Below, piece after piece: positions 12,406-25,377 of a DNA stretch of 64,000 bases; positions within the stretch are counted from its first letter, which is position 1; each line of letters starts with the position of its first letter. Both the position numbers and the translations under genes were made by a program. This DNA comes from Eledone cirrhosa. Its lineage: Eukaryota. The stretch covers positions 215,450,001 through 215,514,000 of the forward strand of contig OZ024742.1 in assembly GCA_964016885.1 (NCBI GenBank). Reading direction: 5' to 3'. Below the pieces are notes generated by a model. It saw only the letters and a program-made list of their open reading frames with translations. It did no database searches and was not told the origin of the DNA.

Positions 12406-13790
12406 CTAAAGGAATAAGGGTGGGGAGTTCAGGCCGGGGGGAGTGTGGGTCTGTAAGATGAAGATAGTTCTTTGTTCGACTCTAAGGCGATTGGCGGGTG
12501 TTCCGTGGCATTGGAGTAGGCCACAGACTGTGAGATGGCGTGCGGAATGTCGAGGGCCACCAAAGTGGCGGGCGATGGGGGAACTACCACCGAGACGAAT
12601 ATCTCGGAGGTGCTCAGTGAATCGGTCCGCCAGGCGACGTCCCGTCTGTCCGATATAAGTCGCGCTGCACTCCGTGCAGCAAAGTTCGTAGACTAGGTTG
12701 GAGGAGGTGCAGCGGAAGGCATGCCGGACAGAGAGAGAGTGGCCATTGGGACCCTGGAAGGTGGTGGTGTTGGTGATGTGGGGACAGGTGTTGCAGCGGG
12801 GCCTAGAACAGGGAAAGGAACCGGGTGGGGGGAACAGAGCGTGGGTTGGGGCGTAGGGAGCTGTGGACGAGGAGGGTGCGGAGATTGCGTGCGCGTTTGA
12901 AGGAGGGAGTGATGGGGTTGGGAAGATGTGGGAGGTGGAGGGGTCAGACTGGAGGCGTCGGAAGAGGCGGCGGATGGTGCGGTGTGGGGGGGGGGGTAAG
13001 GTGGAGGGTTGGTAGGTGATGGGGAAGGGGAGACAGTGGGGGGGTGAGGGGGTGGAGCGGTGGACAGCACGGGCGCGGGTGAGAGCGGTGTGGACGAGAG
13101 ACGGGGGGTAACCTCTGCGGATGAAATGGCTGACTAGGGAAAGGGCCTGGGACTCGAAGTCAGCATCTCGGCTACAGAGGCGGCGGATCCTGAGGAGTTG
13201 GGAGTAGGGAATGGAGTGTTTAGTGTGGGTGGGGTGGGAAGAGGTGAAGTCGAGGTAAGAGTGGGAGTCGGTGGGTTGGAAGAAGGCGGAGGTGACGAGG
13301 GAGTGGTGGGAGGGGTCGAAGGCGACGGAGATGTCTAAGAAGTGGACGTGGGTGTTGGACATAGAGGTGGTTAAGTGGAGGGAGGGGTGGAAGGAGCAGA
13401 AGAAGGAGAGAAAGGAGTCGAGCTGTTCTCGGGTGAGGGTCGTGGATCCGATACAGTCGTCAATGTAACGACCGTACAGTTCGGGCGTGGGGCCGGTGTA
13501 CTGGGCAAAGATTTGGGCCTCAACATGGCCAACAAAAATGTTGGCATAGTTCGGGCCCATTCTTGTACCCATGGCTACCCCCGTGACCTGTTGGTGAAAC
13601 TCACCCGAGAAGGAGAAACAATTGAGGGTGAGGACCAGCTCGGCGAGGCGAAGGAGGGTGGGGGTGGAGGGAATGGGGGAGGGGCGAAGGTCGAGGTAGT
13701 GTTTGAGCACGCGTAGGCCGTCGGCGTGGGGGATGACGGTATAGAGGGACTTGATGTCTAGGGTGAAGGCGCAGGGCGTGGTTGGTGTCG
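12406..13790 (-). pseudogene. Neptune-like PLE reverse transcriptase + GIY-YIG endonuclease (partial)
   Basis: TLDIKSLYTVIPH, GVAMGTRMGPNYANIF, RYIDD, FLDI, SSHP..SIPYSQLLRIRRLCS, CSRPRCNTC, VYELCC..YIGQTGR..RFTEH, GLN. The listed start at 13890 runs through a microsatellite and is not genuine. Confidence 0.93.
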
Positions 13791-14842
13791 GAATATATAT
13801 ATATATATATATATATAGGGACAAAGGCAAGGGAAAATATAACGTTTCCTCAGTCACCCTCCTATGGGAATCATTACACTTTCGATGCATTAAGGTTGAT
13901 ATTGTTCAACCCCGTGCACTTTAGGGCGCAACAAACACAAAATATATATATACATATATATAAAATAAGAAAACGATTTTTAAGGAGAATCATTAAAAAA
14001 GGATATATACAAACGAAGGACACAAAATCTAGGGTCATCAGCCGTTGAGAAAACTGTTGGCAATTTCGAACCATACCAAAGGCTCCGCTTGTCCACCCGG
14101 GTTCAAAGCATCTGCCACACGCCAAACGCTGTCCAGTGGAGTAAGTGACGAGAGGCAAAACATTAATTGATACCAATTTAACTCGAACAAGTATACATAT
14201 AATTTCATGTGACGTCAAAGAAAATCTCTGGAGCCTCTTATAATAGTAGAGTCATGTATGAATAAGAAAAAAAAAGAAAGGAAGAAAAAAACAAGGAGAA
14301 TGTAAGATATCGTTTTAAAAACGTATAACACATTACAATAATTGGGGGGGGGGAGAGATAACACGTGCATCACATTAGTAATGATAAACTGAGGAAGATT
14401 AACAAAGAGGGGACAAGACAACGACCGGTAAACATATATATTATTATATACATGTGTATTTCTTTTCTTTTATTTTCTTGAGGTTAAACCATGTGTTGAA
14501 ACATATATCATTATATTTGTGGAAGGTTATGTTGTCAAAATTGCACATAAGAACATCCACCTTATTTGATTTTCCCTACAAATTTATTATTCGTTATTCT
14601 TTAGCTCATCGAATCTCTTTCGTCGCGCATTCTGTGACCTCCTCAATGACCATTTTTTATTCACTGTGCCTCAGCTTCTTTAGGTTTTTATTTTGTTTAA
14701 TCAATTTTGAGTTTCTGAGAAGGCGAAATGAAAAGACCTGCTCTTTCTCTAATGTTTTTTTTTTTTCTTGTTCGATTCTAAACCAACGAACTATTTTCTA
14801 TCTTTCTTATTGTTTCTTTTTTTATTTTTTTATTCTCAGTCT

Positions 14843-14916
14843 ATCTTCTGATGAAAGACTGGCGTCCGCAACTTTAATACTTTGCGTACTATAATCAGTG
14901 TGAAATTAATAAATAT
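14843..14916 (+). ncRNA. Possible degenerate hammerhead
   Basis: CTGATGA [47 nt] GAA ATTAAT A; palindromic stem III, weak stem I. Confidence 0.4.
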
Positions 14917-15248
14917 TTATATTATTATTCATTGTCTGCTGCTTTTTGTCGTTTAATTTCCGCGTGTATACATATATTGATTATTGCTAGAACGTTAAAC
15001 ATTTAAATAAACAATTAAGGGTGCTTAAACATTTAATCTGTAATGGTAATAAATATTTGCTCTACCTGTTTATATATACGTATATATAAATACAATTCTT
15101 ATCGTGTCCTCCCTGGATTTGGGTCTATGTATTTATTACTATATATATATATATACACACACACACACATACATATATATATATACACACATACACACAT
15201 ATATATATACACACACACACACACATACATATACATATATATATATAT

Positions 15249-15281
<33 letters not shown>

Positions 15282-15322
15282 CACATACATACATACATAC
15301 ATACATGCATACATACATACAT

Positions 15323-15393
<71 letters not shown>

Positions 15394-15627
15394 AGAGAAA
15401 GGCATGAACGGGGTATATTTCCCTTCAGTTATCTGCTGGAGTTCACGGACATTTCTCCGCATTAAAGTCAATATATCTAGCTCCAGTGCGTCAATGACTA
15501 AAGGAAGTATTGGGGAAAAAAATAGAAAAGAATATAACAGAATGGAAAAGGGAAGAAAAAAGTAAAAGAAGTTTTTAAAAAACGGAAAAAAAGGAAAAAA
15601 AAACATTGCGAAGAGGGGAACAATCGC

Positions 15628-15679
15628 TTTTGCCGAAGCTAGGTATGTGAGTATAGTCACATACCTAGCTTCAGCAAAA
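15628..15679. repeat. Hairpin, 23-bp stem with one mismatch and 6-nt loop
   Basis: ttttgccgaagctaggtatgtga gtatag tcacatacctagcttcagcaaaa. Confidence 0.85.
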
Positions 15680-15879
15680 ACAAAGGGGAATATGTAAATC
15701 CATCGCTATTTCAGGGATCCAAAACTACCTCCTTGACTTAGTCGCTAACATTTCCTTTCGCAAACACTCTAACACCTTCCAATCCCAAACTAAACTTAGA
15801 AATGCTATTAAGAAATTTAGGTCTTCCAATAACACTGTCGTTCTTTCTGTCAAAACCAATACTATTTACGAAGTCTACA

Positions 15880-17564
15880 ACAGTACTTACAGCCACTTGG
15901 CACATAACGCTATTACCTCTAAATATAAGAAGGCTAACCCTATGACCTACCACGACATCAATACAAAAGCCAAATACCTTGCTGCCTCTCTTAAGGTAGA
16001 TAAGAAGCTACAATGCTTAGGTAAGCGAGAGGTGTTTTTCACCCTGAAGGATCACAAGGTAGACTTTGCTTTTAATCCCACATGTAGACTACTAAACCCG
16101 GCACGCACGGAATGGGACTAGTTAGTAAGCCCATACTTAGAAACATAGTTAAGACCAATAAGACCAAGTCCAACCTGTCCCAGTGAGAGAACAGCAACTG
16201 CGTCATTAAGTGTTTAACTCCTTCAACTCCAAAAATGTGACTCTCACGCAATTTGACATTGTAGATTTTTACCCGTTGATCTCAGAGACCCTGTAAAACA
16301 AAGCGTTTGACTTTGCTACCACTTACACTACTGTCCATGTTTTAGACAGGGAGATCATCGAACACTGCCGGAAAAACCTCCTCTTCAACAACGGAGTAGC
16401 CTGGGCAAAGAAGTCAACAATTTCAGAAGTATTCGACGTCTCCATGGGATTGTTTCACAGTGCTGACCATGCGACTTGTTTGGGCTATTTATTTTAGACA
16501 TATTAGATGTGTTAGATTCCCGGACTTCCACACGGGAATATATCGCGACGATGGCCTGTCCTTATCGAGCCATAAAAGTAGTCAGGACCTGGACCGGTTT
16601 AAAAAAGACTTAACTTCCACCTTTAATAAGTTAGGACTTAGGATAACAGTAGCTACCAATCTCTCTAGCGTTGATTTCTTCGACATTAATTTAGAACTTC
16701 GCACACATACATTCAGACCTTTCTATAAGCTAAACAAAAAACTTAATTACATACAGAAGGAATCATGCCACCCTCCTACTGTTTTTAGAAACTTCGTAAA
16801 TAATACCAGTACTAGAATCTAACATCTCCTCTAATAAAGCTATCTTTGACAGAGCGGCACACTACTATAAGACGGATCCACGCAACCAATTACGTACTCC
16901 CTCATTAACAACAACAGCGATAAGAAAAGAAATCGTAACAATAGACAAACTACCTGGTTCTCTCCTCCTTTCTCACTCAACGTTAAAACTAATGTAGGAA
17001 AAAATGTTAACCCTCATAGATAGACACTTTCCCATAGGTCACAAATACTGCTCCTTCTTTAACAGACACAGAGTAAAACTAGGGTACTCCTGCGCTACGA
17101 ATATGAAGGCCCACATCGCCAGCAGTCCTAAGAGCGGCACCCCATAGGATGCTCTTGCCGAACGCCTGAATCTCGCCCCCTTCAACAGCAATGCAACACA
17201 CCCACTATGGTCATTTCCAACCGCCCAAAATCAACCACAGTAGGTCAAATCCTATGTGGGTATGGCGGAAGGCCGTTTTAAGGAACGCTTCCTGAAACAT
17301 CAGTCGACCATTATGTACCAGGACAAACAATCATCCACAAAACTCGCGAGCCACGTATGGTCCCTCACGGACTCAGGTATATTCTACTTCATTCAATGGA
17401 AAGCGATCACTAAGTCCAAGCCATGTGCAAGCAGCAATCCGTCTTGTGGACTGTGTATTGAAGAAAGGATAAATATTCTAAGGAGTTTACGCAATAGCGA
17501 TTGCCTAAATTCAAGAATGAAATCTTCTCACATTGCCCCGGATTTAATAACAACAACATTCTAA
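15880..17564 (+). pseudogene. PLE (Naiad-like) RT + GIY-YIG ORF, degraded
   Basis: FFTLKDHK..PTCRLLNPARTE, QFDIVDFYP, FDVSMG, GIYRDDGL, VDFFDINL, YVGMAEGRFKERF..H, CGLCIEE..LNSR; stops and frameshifts. Confidence 0.9.
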
Positions 17565-17718
17565 TTTTCTAATCAACTCGAACATCTTTTGCGGACTTTC
17601 GCAGTTATCTTCCGTACACCTTTCGCCCGGGTCTTTCTAATCGCTTGGGTGAAGTAACCGTTTCTGCGCACGCGCGTTCATAGGGTTGTTCTTCCTGTTC
17701 CGTATAACCATGACGAGT

Positions 17719-17758
17719 CCGAGCTGAAGATCCGCTAAGGTGAAGCAATTGTTTTCGG
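17719..17758 (+). ncRNA. Variant hammerhead in the PLE 3' end
   Basis: ccgag CTGAAGA tccgctaaggt GAA G CAATTG T T ttcgg; A15.1 replaced by G; about 155 bp after the PLE stop. Confidence 0.6.
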
Positions 17759-17844
17759 TATGGTGAACTAACTGTTGTGTTATTACTTCTATATATATAT
17801 ATATATATATACGTATATTTGTTGTGTATATACATATATATATT

Positions 17845-18155
17845 AAGACCCGTTGGTATGCCCATACCCACTCCTTCAGAAGACCGGACAAATCAAACCA
17901 GACAACACTCGTCTCCTATGTTTGGGACCTCAAAAGGAACACCACCCCCCTTCACGCTTAAATGGAAAATACTCCAGAAGCGCCCTCTTACAACGGAGGA
18001 CACAAGGGCTGCGAACTTTGTATCTCAGAATGCTACGAAATTTTATTCGCCAAGGGCCTGCTACTGAACAAACTCTCTGAACACTGCCCGAACTGCATGC
18101 ACAAGAACTTTGCAACTTTCAAATACTTTAAGCCAGTGTTAAAGCCCGATGGCTA
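17845..18155 (+). pseudogene. PLE (Naiad-like) endonuclease C-terminal fragment
   Basis: FTLKWKIL..APSYNGG..CELCISE..LLNK..CMHK across frames. Confidence 0.75.
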
Positions 18156-18294
18156 AAAACGACGACTTCCTCCTTTTAGCCACTATACCTCCTTCCCACC
18201 CTATCGCACCGCTCTTCAACCTGAAATACGGCCACTATGGTTATGTGAGTACCTCTTACTTATCTGCATTTTCTGCCTGTAGAGCTGTTTTTAT

Positions 18295-18368
18295 GTGCCT
18301 GTGTATATGCGTATATTTATTGAGTACTTATTTATTTGTATGTGTATATATATATATATATATGTGTG

Positions 18369-18458
<90 letters not shown>

Positions 18459-18624
18459 CGTATATGTATGTGTATATATATATATATATATGTGTATATA
18501 TATATGTATGTATATGTGTATATATGTATGTGTATGTGTATGTATATATATGTATGTATGTGTATGTGTGTGTGTGCGTATATATGCGTATGTATGTGTG
18601 TATACATTTGTGTATATGTATACA

Positions 18625-18677
<53 letters not shown>

Positions 18678-18812
18678 ATGTGTGTGTGTGGGTGTATATG
18701 TATATAAATGTATATGTGTATATATATATGTATGTGTATTTGTATGTATATGTGTGTATGTGTGTGTATGTATTTGTATTTATATATGTATGTATGTGTA
18801 TGTGTGTGTATG

Positions 18813-18882
<70 letters not shown>

Positions 18883-18910
18883 AGTGTATATATACATATA
18901 TATGTGTGTG

Positions 18911-18944
<34 letters not shown>

Positions 18945-19041
18945 GATGTGTATGTGTGTGCTTGTGTGTGTGTGTGTGTGTATATGTATATGTGTGTATG
19001 TGTATGTGTGTGTGTGTATATATATGTCTATATATGTGTGG

Positions 19042-19121
<80 letters not shown>

Positions 19122-19186
19122 ATGTGTGTGTGTGTGTGCAGATGCATGTATGTGTGCACCCATGTATGTATGTATATATATATATA

Positions 19187-19262
<76 letters not shown>

Positions 19263-19295
19263 AATATATATATATGTGCGTGTGTGTGTGTGTGC
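18295..19295. repeat. Compound (TA)n/(TG)n microsatellite
   Basis: Dinucleotide runs. Confidence 0.95.
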
Positions 19296-19727
19296 TACAT
19301 TGCTGTAGTGGAATCTGTGCTGCTGTATGGGTCTGAGACTTGGACACTGACAAAGAAACTCACTCAGATGGTGGATGGGTGCTACACGAGAATGCTGAGG
19401 ATGGCTCTGAACATTAATCAGTATACACTGAGGATGAAAAACTCAGAGTTGTATGGGAGCATCCCAAAAGTCAGCTCAAATGTGACACAGAGGAGATTGA
19501 GGTTAGCTGGACATGCTCACCGACATCCAGAGTTGACACTGCACTCAGTGCTCCTTTGGGAGCCCCTACATGGACACACTAGAAGAGGAAGACCAAGGTT
19601 AACGTATGTTGATGCCGTAAGGATAGACACTGGTCTGTTGGAGACGCAGGACATGGCAGCGATAATGAGAGACAGAGACCGCTGGAGAGAACTCGTCCAT
19701 GGACCTCGGGAATTTTACCCGCCTTAG
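19296..19727 (+). mobile_element. RTE-clade LINE 3' fragment
   Basis: [40 protein letters not shown], the typical RTE C-terminus; ends in (TA)n. Confidence 0.88.
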
Positions 19728-19738
19728 ATATATATATC

Positions 19739-19773
<35 letters not shown>

Positions 19774-19958
19774 GTGCGTATATGTGCGTGTGTGTATGTG
19801 TACATGTGTACGTGTGTGCATGTGCGCACGCGTGCACACAGGTGTACACATGTGTATCTGCGGGTGCATACATGTACATACATACACATGCGCACGCACG
19901 CGCGTGTGCACATGTATATGTGTGTGTATGTATATATATATATTTATATATATATTTA

Positions 19959-20033
<75 letters not shown>

Positions 20034-20125
20034 GTGCGTGTATGTGTTTGTGTGGTTCTCTGTGTGTGTATTTATATATGTGTATGTGTGTGTGTGTGTG
20101 TGTGTGTGCATATATATATTTGTAT

Positions 20126-20159
<34 letters not shown>

Positions 20160-20328
20160 ATGTATATATATGTATATATATATATACATATATGTATATG
20201 TATATATGTATGTGTGTACATGTATATGAGTATATGTGTGTATGTATGTATATGTAGGTGTATGTGTGTATGTGTATATATATATATATGTATATGTATG
20301 TGTGTATGTGTGTACGTATGTTTGTGTA

Positions 20329-20379
<51 letters not shown>

Positions 20380-20557
20380 ATATATATATATATGCATATA
20401 TATATGTGTATGTATGTGTATATATATATGTGTGTGTATATGTGTATATATATATATGTATATGTATGTATGTGTGTATATATATATATATGTATATATG
20501 TATATATGTATGTGTGGGTGTATGTGCGTGTGCGCGAGTGTGTGAGTTAGTGTGTTT
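19728..20557. repeat. Compound (TA)n/(TG)n microsatellite
   Basis: Dinucleotide runs. Confidence 0.95.
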
Positions 20558-21076
20558 GTGAATGTGTCTGTTGATTTTTTGAATATAGTTGAATAGTTTA
20601 AGAGAACTTTGAAGCTAATTGTATGATATGCACTCAATATTTTGAATTGGTCTATAGAATTATCTAGGCCTTTGTCACTTAGTAGAACCTTGAAGAATTT
20701 AGCTTTTAAAGAATCTCCCTTTTCTTTAAATCCATCAACCATGACTGACCGCCAATGATCTTATAGACACCTGATATCTAGGCATCTTTAGCTTAAGAGA
20801 AACTTAAAAATAAGGAGTGCCACCTCATCCCGAACTTGTTTATAGAATTATTTCTGCTTTTGTTACTCTAAAAATAAACTATAGCTTTGAAGAATCAGCT
20901 TTTAATGAATTCCCTTTTCTATCAACCAATGACCTACACCCATCACACTCCCTACCCTCTCCTACCACCTAAAGAGACCTATAAATACCATACTTATTTT
21001 TTGATACCCAGATTCCTGATGATTTCTAAAGAGTGAAACAGTTCTGGTCCTGTAGTATCTCATCTATATTAAAACT
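20558..21076 (+). mobile_element. Non-coding PLE 3' region/pseudo-LTR, family A copy 2
   Basis: Colinear with 876-1384, with the same 3' junction to (TA)n. Confidence 0.75.
21010..21060 (+). ncRNA. Type I hammerhead (family A)
   Basis: agattc CTGATGA tttctaaagagt GAA ACAG ttctggtc CTGT A gtatct. Confidence 0.8.
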
Positions 21077-21128
21077 ATATATATATATAAAGCAAACAAG
21101 TGAAGAAAAAAAAACGTTTGCTCACTTT

Positions 21129-21212
21129 AATGTCCCAACTGCAGTTTCATTAGGAAAATAACGAAACTATTAGTAGAGTATTGCGAGAAATCCCATATCA
21201 TCAGAAGACATT
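21129..21212 (-). ncRNA. Type I hammerhead (family D)
   Basis: Minus strand: aatgtctt CTGATGA [49 nt] GAA ACTGCAGT T gggacatt; 8-bp stem I with two G-U pairs. Confidence 0.78.
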
Positions 21213-21577
21213 GAGTGTCCAGAAGTAAAATTCAAGACAAGTACTCCCAGCCGTTCCCTGTCTGTGAAAATTTTGATGTAAATAAATGTCGGGTGAGAAA
21301 TATCCAGCAGGACGCTAGTAAAGGGGACGGTGGCAGACACTTGTTACTAGAAAATAGTTCGATTTCGCCAAATCTTCACTCTATCATACGGAAGTGTATT
21401 ATATATTAAACAAAGAAGTATTCATATCTCTACACGAGAATAGATACAAGTATAGATACATAAATACAGAGTGTCTAACTATTACTGAGTTTGGTTCTCT
21501 GAAACAGTTAGTAAAATAATAATATCAAATATGGAAAAAGCAAACAAGTTAAGAAACATTTTCTACTTGCTCACTTT

Positions 21578-21660
21578 AATGTCCCGACTGCAGTTTAATG
21601 GGAAAATAACGAAGCACTGAGTAGAGTATCGCGAGAAATCCCAAATTATCAGGAGACTTT
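21578..21660 (-). ncRNA. Degenerate hammerhead (family D)
   Basis: Minus strand: CTGATaA ... tAA ACTGCAGT C gggac; two core mutations. Confidence 0.6.
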
Positions 21661-21760
21661 CTCTGTCCAGAAGTAAAATTCAAGACAAGAATTCCCAGCC
21701 GTTCGTTGTCAGTGAAAATTTCGAATGAAATTACGGTCACGTGACAAGTGTCCAGCAGGA

Positions 21761-21854
<94 letters not shown>

Positions 21855-22116
21855 ACCCAGGATTTAAATTAAGTCATTTAAATGATAGATTAACGATTAT
21901 TAATGAATGTATATTCATCTCTGCTATATGAATCTGTTAATAATCTAAATAAATTTTCATAGTAAGATTAATATGCAGCAACACATTTCCATAAGACAAA
22001 CACAGTATTCCATAAACTCCCTCTTACGTATCTTGTTCTTGACTATAACATCACATTGAGCTTCGAAATATTCTTTCTCTTTATATATTTGTACTATCAA
22101 CATACATGTAAACACT

Positions 22117-22226
<110 letters not shown>

Positions 22227-22310
22227 CATATACTGTGTACCTCCGCCATTCGCAATCCCGACAATCGTGGTCCCGGTTAATCTCGGAATTTCCCTTAGAA
22301 CCTAATTAAT

Positions 22311-22483
22311 TGTTTCTGCTTGTTGGCACAAGACCAGCAAATACCCAGTGCATTACTCGTACTTTATTGTATCGACCCGTAAGGATGAAATGCAAAGTTA
22401 ACCTCGGTGGCATTTGAACTCAGAATGGCAAGGGCGTCAAAAGCATGGCATCCGACCCTCTACCGATACTACCAATCCACCGC
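22311..22483 (-). mobile_element. tRNA-derived SINE (Meta-domain-like)
   Basis: A-box and B-box (gagttcaaat) followed by ggttaactttgcatttcatcctt..gtcgat..agtac; several copies in the window. Confidence 0.8.
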
Positions 22484-24014
22484 TTAATGATTGGTCGTGG
22501 AAACCAACGCATGTTCACGGAATCGTAAATATATTTGCTGGTATATTGAACGCCCCTTTGCGTAAGACGCTCCCTGCTTTTTATTTTAGTTTACGTATTT
22601 TTTAGTTTACGTACTATTTTGATGTTTACAGGCATTTTTATGGACCACGTCCAATATTCACCGTTATTCAGTCATCGCAAGTTCTCTAGGAACCTAACCC
22701 TCGCGACTACCGGGGGTCAACTGTACCATCTACCGACTTTAGACGGGAATTGTTATCAACATCTTCGTACCTCAATCTATTGAGCATCATTGGCTGTATT
22801 TCCCCCGTCCACAGTCGGTCTATACTCGACTTTCTAATCTATCATTTAAAAATTTCAAATGTTTACATTTACTATCAACACTAGCAGAAAAACCACGCTA
22901 GGGCGGTTTTCTACTAGCCTGTGTAGTGCGTATATTGATATTATACATGTAGATATGCTCAAATAAAATCGTAATTGACAATATACACAGAAATTGAACG
23001 AAGTCTATGTTACACTATCTTCTGTAATCAGTAAAGTAATCCATGATACATTTAAAAAAAGACGATATTATATATAAACTGCATTAGGAGAAAATTAGCG
23101 ACGGAAATATATGCGATATTTTTATAAATGTTATAATATAATGGCTGCTAACCGGAATTATATCTGTAATTATTTTATAAATTATATAATGTGAATTATT
23201 TTCAATATAATATAAATAATTAAATATAATATAATAAAATGTAATAAGAATTACCTTCGTGAAGATGAAAATATGTCTTCTTTCTCATGTTTGCAAATAG
23301 TTTAAATATGATTTCATAAAATATGATTTTATAAATTAAATATGATAGTATACTTTAATATTAATACAGATATTTATAAACTTTTATAGCCTGAAATATT
23401 ATACACTTTGATTAATTCATTACTCTGAACTAACTTAAATTATTTGAAAGTTAACGGTCAACCGGATACCTCTGGATAATATATATAACTAATTAACTAA
23501 GGACTGGAAATTAACCTTCATATAATTACACCCAGTTATATTTAGGATTTAGATTGATGAATACTTCTAGATAATTCATTAATTCAAAGATTCGAATTTA
23601 CTCTTTCGCAAAGCTATGCCCAAATGTATAGTTCTGTATAAATATATATAATTCATCCCTCCGTTTACACTATAAAAATTATTCCGCTTTGTCTCTCTTT
23701 CCTTGATCAATTCTCTTTTGCTCTCTATACTTCTACTAGCTATATTATCCCCTCGTCTGTTTTCTCTCTGTCTTTCTTTTTTCTATCCTCTTTCTACAAT
23801 AATTGAAATTATTTGAATCTCTAACATTTATGTAAATTGGTGTTATGTTTTTTTTAAGCTTTCTCACACGCACCCTCTGTAATATATGTATTATATTTAA
23901 GTTTTTTCATGTCTCAATCTTAAGGTATATAAATATTGAGTTTTGTCATACCTTACTCACTACTATGACTGAATCTTAACCATCAACTATGTCAGAGTAT
24001 GTCATGCATCATCT

Positions 24015-24081
24015 TATTTTATCTGATGAGGATGTACTGTTGAAGTTAGCTCAGTACCTCTGAAATATGTATAATAAAATA
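24015..24081 (+). ncRNA. Type I hammerhead
   Basis: tattttat CTGATGA ggatgtactg..cagtacctct GAA ATATGTAT A ataaaata. Confidence 0.8.
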
Positions 24082-24123
24082 TACTTGATCACAGGAATTG
24101 TCTATTTTTGATAATATTTTGAA

Positions 24124-24216
<93 letters not shown>

Positions 24217-24281
24217 ATCTAGGGAAAACCTGAACTGTTAAGATCTTCCTCGATATGTCAATATTTATAAAACAAACTTTG

Positions 24282-24341
24282 TACTTTATCTGATGATAGC
24301 GTACCAAAGTTTTGGTATCCTTGAAATATATATAATATAAT
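24282..24341 (+). ncRNA. Hammerhead (family B, diverged)
   Basis: CTGATGA tagcgtaccaaagttttggtatcctt GAA ATATATAT A; downstream tail homologous to the 3157 and 8336 copies. Confidence 0.6.
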
Positions 24342-24502
24342 AAATATGGTTTCATAAATATAGTATCCATTTATTTAATATCATTGAATAATATACTCCA
24401 GAAAACTGTCGAGTGCTACGAATCAGTTATAAACATTTATATTTGTTGAATTACCAACAAATTAAATATCCCTTTTGCGCACATATATATATATATATAA
24501 AT

Positions 24503-24930
24503 TGTAGAGCGACATTGTTTTTTTCTATTTGAAGGTGGCAAAGCCGGCCATTTATCGCTCGTATACAAGAAACTGACTGACCAGTCTTCTGATATGCAAA
24601 TCTGGCTGATCAGTGGATCTGTAATATGCAGATCTGACTGTTCAGCCAGTCTGCTAATATACAATTCAGACCGATCAGTCTCTGTATATTTTAGTAAATA
24701 GTATATGTTTTCACTAGCTCTGACAGATGACAGGTGAACAGCGAGGTGAACAGTGAGCTGTACTGATGAAGGGTGATACCCAGAAACATTAGTGTCTGCA
24801 ATTCTGTCCACATGCCAACACTAGAGCAAGAATGAAGGGTTCATTCTACTGACATGGCTTTAAAAATGTGGCTTGTTTGCATAATTGCGAAAGAATCGAA
24901 TGTTATTAATATTTCAAAAACTCAGATTAT
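24503..24930 (+). mobile_element. Non-coding HHR element, family E copy 1
   Basis: Colinear with 30331-30747, including the octamer-like subrepeats and HHR. Confidence 0.75.
24755..24804 (+). ncRNA. Type I hammerhead (family E)
   Basis: gagctgta CTGATGA a gggt gat accc a GAA ACA ttag TGT C tgcaattc; GUC site. Confidence 0.85.
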
Positions 24931-24946
24931 ATATATATATATATAT

Positions 24947-25377
<431 letters not shown>

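Larger units (their letters stand above)
10825..13790 (-). mobile_element. Neptune-like PLE, 5' truncated, with about 1.5 kb C/A-rich 3' UTR and terminal HHR
   Basis: GC-rich RT+EN ORF followed by a minimal HHR; both ends abut (TA)n. Confidence 0.85.
21089..21760 (-). mobile_element. Retrozyme-like element: two direct repeats of about 224 bp, each with an HHR, 449-bp period
   Basis: 21089-21312 is similar to 21537-21760; non-coding spacer; flanked by (TA)n. Confidence 0.75.

Noticed and set aside
14020-14075. Minus-strand GAAA...CTGATGA as a permuted (type II) hammerhead
   Set aside because: Stems I and II do not pair convincingly.
16184-16186. In-frame TGA in the Naiad-like RT as possible selenocysteine
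   Set aside because: It aligns to the W of a QWxN motif, not a Cys, so TGG>TGA decay is more likely; visible conserved Cys codons are TGT/TGC and I found no convincing SECIS.
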